Part shown: one piece after another, positions 60,232 to 64,000 of the stretch
Numbering within the stretch: position 1 is the first letter of the stretch
Layout: each line of letters opens with the position of its first letter
Source of the DNA: an uncultured Thermoleophilia bacterium
Lineage (GTDB): Bacteria > Actinomycetota > Thermoleophilia > UBA2241
NCBI GenBank assembly: GCA_963702475.1
Contig: CAVPCT010000003.1
Coordinates: 160,001-224,000, forward strand
DNA: 64,000 bases
Direction of reading: 5' to 3'
Notes under the pieces: generated by a model
The model's database searches: none
The model's input: the letters and a program-made list of their open reading frames with translations, nothing else
What the model was told of the DNA's origin: nothing
Made by a program: the position numbers and the translations under genes

Positions 60232-61592
60232 GCCGCCGCCGGCTCCTCAACAGCCTGGGTAGCGCTTTCGGCGTACGCCGCTCGCCGCTGCGCCCGGCGG
60301 CGCGCTGGGCCGACCGCAACCTCGGCGGCGGCTCCCGGCTGATCAAGGAGGAGCTGCGCCATGTGTTCCCCGACAGCTGGGCCTTCTTCCTCGGCGAGAT
60401 CGCCCTCTACTGCTTCGTGATCCTCGTGGTCACCGGCGTCTTCCTCTCCCTGTTCTTCGAGGCGTCGCAGGTGCCCACCGTGTACGAGGGCGTGTACGAG
60501 CCGCTGGTGGGGACCGAGGTGACGGCGGCGTACGGCTCGGTACTGGACCTCAGTCTCGAGGTGCGCGCCGGGCTGCTGGTGCGGCAGGTGCACCACTGGG
60601 CGGCGCTCGTGTTCGTCGCCGCCCTCATGATCCATTTGCTGCGCATGTTCTTCACCGGCGCGTACCGCAAGCCGCGCGTGATCAACTGGCTCATCGGCAT
60701 CGTCCTGCTGATCATGGTCGGCATGAACGGGTTGTTCGGCTACTCGCTGCCCGACGACCTGCTCTCGGGGGTGGGCCTGCGTGTGGCGTACTCCATCACC
60801 GAGTCCATCCCGTTCCTGGGGCCGTGGCTGGCGTCCATCATGTTCGGCGGCGAGTTCCCCACTGAGGGCATCATCGCCCGCATCTACCCGGTGCACATCC
60901 TGCTGCTTCCGCTCGGCATCATGGGGCTGCTGGGGCTGCACATGGGCATCATGTGGTTCCAGCGCCACACCGAGTTCCCCGGCCCGTCCCGTGACGACCG
61001 CACCATGGTCGGCACGCCCATGGTGCCCGCCTACGCGCTGCGCACACTGGGCTACTTCCTGCTCATCGCCGGCGTGCTCACCGCATTCGGCGCCTTTCTG
61101 CAGATCAACCCGGTGTGGTTGTACGGGCCGTACACGCCCTGGGACGCGACCACACAGGCGCAGCCCGACTGGTACATGGGCTGGATGGAGGGCGGCCTGC
61201 GGCTCATGCCCGGCTGGGACATCCGTATCGGGTGGTTCGTGCTGCCGGCCGTGTTCTGGCCGGCGGTCATCCTGCCCGGCCTGGTGTTCACGCCGCTGCT
61301 CATCTGGCCGTTCGTGGATCAGTGGGCGCTGCGCGACCACGGCTACCACAACGTGCTCACCTGGCCCACGGAGCGCCCCGGCCGCATGGCGGTGGGCGCG
61401 GGCTTCGTGACCTTTCTCACGGTGCTGCTGCTGGGCGGAGCCAACGACGTGTTCGCCAACGTGTGGGGCCTCGACGTGGTCACGGTGGTGTACGTGCTGC
61501 GCGCCATGGTGTTCGTGGCACCGCCGCTGGTGGCCGCCGCCACCTACGCGGTCGCCCGCGGGAGGGCGGAGCGGTGGGCGAGGGGGCGGTGA
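60228..61592 (+). CDS. qcrB: Cytochrome b subunit
   Basis: VHHWAA..H, HILLLP..H, GYSLPDD, PDWY. Confidence 0.93.
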   Translation: MSRRRLLNSLGSAFGVRRSPLRPAARWADRNLGGGSRLIKEELRHVFPDSWAFFLGEIALYCFVILVVTGVFLSLFFEASQVPTVYEGVYEPLVGTEVTAAYGSVLDLSLEVRAGLLVRQVHHWAALVFVAALMIHLLRMFFTGAYRKPRVINWLIGIVLLIMVGMNGLFGYSLPDDLLSGVGLRVAYSITESIPFLGPWLASIMFGGEFPTEGIIARIYPVHILLLPLGIMGLLGLHMGIMWFQRHTEFPGPSRDDRTMVGTPMVPAYALRTLGYFLLIAGVLTAFGAFLQINPVWLYGPYTPWDATTQAQPDWYMGWMEGGLRLMPGWDIRIGWFVLPAVFWPAVILPGLVFTPLLIWPFVDQWALRDHGYHNVLTWPTERPGRMAVGAGFVTFLTVLLLGGANDVFANVWGLDVVTVVYVLRAMVFVAPPLVAAATYAVARGRAERWARGR

Positions 61593-61663
61593 GCGGAGCG
61601 GGGACAGGCGGCGCGGTGACGCGGACGCGGCGCCCCGCCCGGGCGGCCGCGCCGGCCGGGCGC

Positions 61664-62503
61664 CTACAGCAGGTGGTCGAGCACCGCGGCCGCCAGCACC
61701 ACGGCGAGGTACGGTCCGGACACCTTGAAGAGAGTCCAGGCGCGGCTCGGCGCGGGCGCAGCCAGCAGCCGCGCCACGTAGATCCACAGCACCGCCGTCG
61801 CGGCGAACGCCACGACGGCATACAGGACGCCGTAGAGGCCGGCCGCCCAGGCCGCCGCCACGACGGCCGTGAGCGCCGCGCAGAAGCCCGCGATCAGCAG
61901 ACGGGCCGGCCGCTCGCCGTACCGCAGAGCTGGGGTGGGGATGCCGCTGGCGCGGTAGTCGTCCTCACGGGCCAGGCTGAGGGCCCAGAAGTGCGGCGGC
62001 GACCAGAGCAGGATCACGCCGCACAGGAACAGGACCTGGGCGGAGAAGGCCTGGCCGGTGGCGGCCCAGCCGATGAGGGCCGGGAACACGCCGGCCAGCG
62101 CGCCGGGCACGGAGCTGAGCGCCGTGTGTGGCTTGAGCACCAGCGTGTAGAAGAGCGCGTAGTAGGCCGCGCCGGTCAGGGCGAGCACGGCCGCCAGGGG
62201 GCCGGCGACCGCCCACAGGGCCACCGCGCCGGCCGTGACGGCCACGAGTGCCGTCGTGAGGGCGCGGCCGGGAGGCAGCGCGCCGGAGGCCGTCGGGCGC
62301 CGGCGCGTACGCTCCATGCGCGCGTCCACGGCGCGCTCCAGCACGTTGTTGATGACGGCGGCGCCGGCCACGGTGAGGCCGGTCGCGGCCAGCACGGCGA
62401 GGCTCTGGGCCACGCCCGGCGCGCCGCCCAGCAGCAGCGCCGCCAGGACGGTCAGCAGAAAGAGCCCTACGATGCGCGGCTGCGCCGCCCTCACGTAGTC
62501 CAT
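61664..62503 (-). CDS. ctaB: Protoheme IX farnesyltransferase (heme O synthase)
   Basis: NNVLERAVDARMERTRRRP, YTLVLK, WSPPHFWAL..DDY..GIP. Confidence 0.9.
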   Translation of the reverse strand: MDYVRAAQPRIVGLFLLTVLAALLLGGAPGVAQSLAVLAATGLTVAGAAVINNVLERAVDARMERTRRRPTASGALPPGRALTTALVAVTAGAVALWAVAGPLAAVLALTGAAYYALFYTLVLKPHTALSSVPGALAGVFPALIGWAATGQAFSAQVLFLCGVILLWSPPHFWALSLAREDDYRASGIPTPALRYGERPARLLIAGFCAALTAVVAAAWAAGLYGVLYAVVAFAATAVLWIYVARLLAAPAPSRAWTLFKVSGPYLAVVLAAAVLDHLL

Positions 62504-62579
62504 ACGGCCATTCTCCCGCATAGGTGCGGACTCGTGCGAAGATGTGACCGGGGTGCATGCGGAGGAGGTGAGCGCCGTC

Positions 62580-63608
62580 GTGACGTGTGAGCGGTCCAGA
62601 CAGCCGGCCGGCCGGCGCCGGCTCCTGCTGCTCGTGCTCCTCGCCGTCGTCCTCGCCGCCCTCGTGCTGCCGGCCGTTGCCGGCGCTGCCTCGCCCAACA
62701 TGTGGCGCCCGCACGGCTCGTCCGGCGAGACCATCCGCACACTCGGCATCCAGATGTTCGCCATCCTCGCCGGCGTGGCCGTGACCGTGTGGGGCATCCT
62801 TGTCTACGTGATCATCAGGGGCCGCCGGCGCAAGGAGAGCGAGGTCGCGGACACCAAGGGCAACCTGACCCTCGAGATCGTCTGGACCCTGATCCCGGCG
62901 GCCATCGTCACCGTGCTCTTCATCCTCACGCTGCTGGCCACGCAGCAGATCGCGCGCCCCGACCCGGGGGCGCAGTTCACGGCCGTCGGCCACCGCTGGT
63001 GGTGGGAGTTCGACTTCACCGACCTGGGCTTCAAGACCGCGAACGAGGTGTACGTGGCGGAGGGCCGGCCCACGTCCATCGACGTCGAGTCTGTCGACGT
63101 GATCCACTCGTTCTGGGTGCCGCAGATGGGCGGCAAGGTGGACATGATCCCCGGGCGCGTGAACCACATCTACTTCGTGCCGCTCAGGGAGGGCAGGTAC
63201 CTGGGCGAGTGCTCCGAGTACTGCGGGCAGCAGCACGGCAACATGCGCTTTCTGTTCGTCGTGGTCTCGACGGAGGCGTACTCGGACTGGGTCAACCACC
63301 AGGCGCAGCCGGCCGCGGAACCCACCGGCGCGGAGGCCGTCGAGGGCCGTAAGCTCATCGAGACGGTGGGGTGCGGCGGGTGTCACACCATCCGCGGTAC
63401 CCCGCTCAAGGGCACGTTCGGGCCGGATCTCACGCACTTCGGCAGCCGCAGCGGCATCGCCGCGTACACGCTGCCGAACACCCCCCAGAACCTGTACGAG
63501 TGGCTCAAGGACCCGCAGGCGGTGAAGGAAGAGGTGCTGATGCCGCTCACGCCGCTGCCCGAGCAGTCGCTGTGGCAGCTCGTCGCTTACCTGGAAGAGC
63601 TGAAGTGA
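62580..63608 (+). CDS. coxB: Cytochrome c oxidase subunit II with fused cytochrome c (caa3-type)
   Basis: LEIVWT, DVIHSFWVP, CSEYCGQQHGNM (CuA), CGGCH..GPDL..MP. Confidence 0.93.
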   Translation: MTCERSRQPAGRRRLLLLVLLAVVLAALVLPAVAGAASPNMWRPHGSSGETIRTLGIQMFAILAGVAVTVWGILVYVIIRGRRRKESEVADTKGNLTLEIVWTLIPAAIVTVLFILTLLATQQIARPDPGAQFTAVGHRWWWEFDFTDLGFKTANEVYVAEGRPTSIDVESVDVIHSFWVPQMGGKVDMIPGRVNHIYFVPLREGRYLGECSEYCGQQHGNMRFLFVVVSTEAYSDWVNHQAQPAAEPTGAEAVEGRKLIETVGCGGCHTIRGTPLKGTFGPDLTHFGSRSGIAAYTLPNTPQNLYEWLKDPQAVKEEVLMPLTPLPEQSLWQLVAYLEELK

Positions 63609-64000
63609 GCGACGTCGTCGTCGGGATCCCCGCCGCGCACGAGACCCGCGGCGGCATCGGCAGGTGGCTCACGACCACCGACCACAAGGACATCGGCCTG
63701 CTCTACATCTGCACGTCGCTGGCGTTCTTCCTGGTGGCCGTGGCTTTCGCCATGCTGATGCGCACGCAGCTCATGAAGCCGGGCATGGACCTGCTCTCGC
63801 CGGAGGCCTACAACCAGATCTTCACCATGCACGGCACCACGATGATCTTCCTCTTCGGCATGCCGCTGATCATCGGGGTCTCGAACTACGTGGTGCCGCT
63901 GCAGCTGGGCGCGCGCGACATGGCTTTTCCGCGCGCCAACGCCCTGAGCTACTGGCTGTTCCTGTTCGGCGGGCTGTTGCTGTACAGCAGCTTCCTGTTC
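63605..64000 (+). CDS. ctaD: Cytochrome c oxidase subunit I (3'-truncated by window edge)
   Basis: WLTTTDHKDIG, YNQIFTMHGTTMIF, GARDMAFPR. Confidence 0.95.
   Translation, partial: MSDVVVGIPAAHETRGGIGRWLTTTDHKDIGLLYICTSLAFFLVAVAFAMLMRTQLMKPGMDLLSPEAYNQIFTMHGTTMIFLFGMPLIIGVSNYVVPLQLGARDMAFPRANALSYWLFLFGGLLLYSSFLF

Overview
Very GC-rich bacterial chromosome segment. Gene content (qcrCAB, apparently leaderless genes, jag/yidC cluster) suggests a deep-branching actinobacterium, possibly Thermoleophilia; this is inference. In order it holds: the 3' part of a divergent gcvPB with an AcoX-like kinase; a saccharopine-dehydrogenase-family gene; tRNA-Sec; housekeeping and envelope genes (GreA/B, ferritin, GNATs, ABC-2 exporters, ychF, ACT+DUF711, rlmN, galT, nfo); a membrane-tailed ECF sigma module; rpmH-rnpA-yidD-yidC-jag with no adjacent dnaA; an AsnB amidotransferase fused to a CofE-like ligase domain; a 2.5-kb patch of intact and decayed toxin-antitoxin modules; and a respiratory locus where an E. 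coli-type nuoA-N operon (fused NuoCD) sits back-to-back with qcrCAB, ctaB and caa3-type oxidase genes. Several single-base frameshifts, including in nuoG, suggest assembly indel errors. No CRISPR array, rRNA, integrase or transposase was recognised. Family assignments are by motif recognition only; no database search was run.
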